Shown here: positions 62,729 through 64,000 of the stretch, piece after piece | Layout: each line of letters starts with the position of its first letter | Numbering within the stretch: position 1 is the stretch's first letter | Assembly: GCA_036491035.1 (NCBI GenBank) | Contig: DASXCU010000150.1 | Span: 3,560 to 67,559 of the forward strand | DNA length: 64,000 nt | Reading direction: 5' to 3' | Source: Galbitalea sp. | GTDB taxonomy: Bacteria > Actinomycetota > Actinomycetes > Actinomycetales > Microbacteriaceae | Position numbers and translations under genes: made by a program | The notes under the pieces: model-generated | What the model was told of the DNA's origin: nothing | Databases searched by the model: none | Seen by the model: the letters and a program-made list of their open reading frames with translations, nothing else

Positions 62729-64000
62729 ATGCAGCCCACTCGTGTCGTTCGACCGTTCGAGGTCATCAGCGAGTACGTCCCGAGCGGCGACCAGCCCCAG
62801 GCGATCGCCGAACTGGCGGGGCGAATCAACGCGGGCGAGACCGATGTCGTGCTGCTGGGTGCGACCGGAACCGGAAAGTCGGCGACGACGGCCTGGCTGA
62901 TCGAGCAGGTTCAGCGGCCAACCCTCGTTCTCGCGCACAACAAGACGCTGGCGGCGCAACTCGCCAACGAGTTCCGCGAACTCATGCCCAACAACGCGGT
63001 CGAGTACTTCGTGAGCTATTACGACTACTACCAGCCCGAGGCGTACGTCCCGCAGACGGACACCTTCATCGAGAAGGACTCGTCGATCAACGCCGAGGTT
63101 GAGCGGCTCCGGCACTCGACGACCAACTCGCTCCTGTCCCGTCGCGATGTCATCGTGGTCTCGACCGTGTCCTGCATCTACGGCCTCGGTGCGGCAGAGG
63201 AATACCTGGGTGCGATGGTCGCGCTCCAAGTGGGCGATCGGGTCGGTCGGGACTTCCTCATCCGGCAGTTCGTGAATATGCAGTACCAGCGCAACGACGT
63301 CGACTTCTCCCGTGGCAAGTTCCGCGTCCGCGGCGACACCATCGAGATCATTCCCGTCTACGAGGAGCACGCCATTCGCGTCGAGCTCTTCGGCGACGAG
63401 ATCGAAGCCATCTATGCGCTGCACCCGCTCACCGGCGAGGTACTGAAGAAGATCGATTCGGTCTCCGTGTTCCCGGCAACCCACTACGCGGCCAGCACCG
63501 AAACGATGCGCAAGGCGATTGTCACCATCAAGGTGGAGCTCAAGGAGCGCCTCGCCGAGCTGGAGCGCCAGGGCAAGCTGCTCGAGGCGCAGCGCCTGCG
63601 GATGCGCACCACCTTCGACATCGAGATGATGGAGCAGATCGGCTTCTGCAGCGGCATCGAGAACTACTCGCGTCACATCGACGGCCGGGCTCCGGGCGAG
63701 GCGCCGAACTGCCTCCTCGACTACTTCCCCGAGGACTTCCTCGTGGTCATCGACGAGTCGCACGTCACGGTGCCGCAGATCGGAGCGATGTACGAGGGCG
63801 ACGCCTCCCGCAAGCGCACGCTCGTCGAGCACGGCTTCCGGCTTCCCAGCGCACTCGATAACCGGCCGCTCAAGTGGGAAGAGTTCCTCGACCGGGTGGG
63901 ACAGAAGGTCTACCTGTCGGCCACGCCCGGACGGTACGAGCAGAGCGTGACGGACTCGATGGTCGAGCAAATCATCCGTCCGACCGGCCTCGTCGACCCC
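62729..64000 (+). CDS. uvrB: excinuclease ABC subunit B, 3' end cut by window edge
   Basis: Absent from the ORF track because there is no stop in the window. ATG at 62729, then [17 protein letters not shown], Walker [31 protein letters not shown]. Open to position 64000. Confidence 0.95.
   Translation, partial: MQPTRVVRPFEVISEYVPSGDQPQAIAELAGRINAGETDVVLLGATGTGKSATTAWLIEQVQRPTLVLAHNKTLAAQLANEFRELMPNNAVEYFVSYYDYYQPEAYVPQTDTFIEKDSSINAEVERLRHSTTNSLLSRRDVIVVSTVSCIYGLGAAEEYLGAMVALQVGDRVGRDFLIRQFVNMQYQRNDVDFSRGKFRVRGDTIEIIPVYEEHAIRVELFGDEIEAIYALHPLTGEVLKKIDSVSVFPATHYAASTETMRKAIVTIKVELKERLAELERQGKLLEAQRLRMRTTFDIEMMEQIGFCSGIENYSRHIDGRAPGEAPNCLLDYFPEDFLVVIDESHVTVPQIGAMYEGDASRKRTLVEHGFRLPSALDNRPLKWEEFLDRVGQKVYLSATPGRYEQSVTDSMVEQIIRPTGLVDP

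Overview
High-GC actinobacterial chromosome segment whose gene order resembles Microbacteriaceae and parallels the M. tuberculosis Rv1379-Rv1633 region. About 60 CDS are supported, nearly all on the + strand and many joined by ATGA/GTGA/TAATG stop-start overlaps. In order: DUF349, a membrane cyclophilin, rarA, rpsD, alaS-ruvX-mltG-aroE-aroC-aroK-aroB, two small inserted genes, aroQ, efp-nusB, and an M3 peptidase. Then pyrR-pyrB-pyrC-(membrane protein)-carA-carB-pyrF-(mIHF::gmk)-rpoZ-coaBC-metK-priA-fmt-rsmB-rpe, an FKBP, hisE-hisG-hisF-hisI, and a trp block (membrane protein, HGxxPAAW protein, trpC-trpB-trpA) followed by lgt. The rest is gltB-gltD, pyk, a GntR/FadR regulator, tRNA-Leu(CAA), a PdtaR-like ANTAR regulator, a frameshifted phosphatase, a thioesterase, polA, a PTS EIIA, a DUF885 protein, a ThyA-like protein, rpsA, coaE, an SDR and uvrB (partial). 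I found no CRISPR array, transposase, integrase, prophage or recognisable defence genes, and no convincing novel multi-gene system. This is mostly ordinary core genome. The spots most worth a second look are: (1) a tyrosine-phosphatase-like gene whose catalytic P-loop sits out of frame between two compensating frameshifts; (2) a three-gene insertion between polA and rpsA, including a short ThyA-fold protein translationally coupled to a DUF885 protein; (3) a low-GC, structured 230-nt spacer next to tRNA-Leu with a promoter, an operator-like palindrome and a terminator, which may encode an sRNA or a 41-aa leaderless peptide; (4) an mIHF-guanylate kinase fusion ORF. All family assignments rest on motifs I recognise in the translations, because no database search could be run. 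Start codons are often uncertain by tens of nucleotides.
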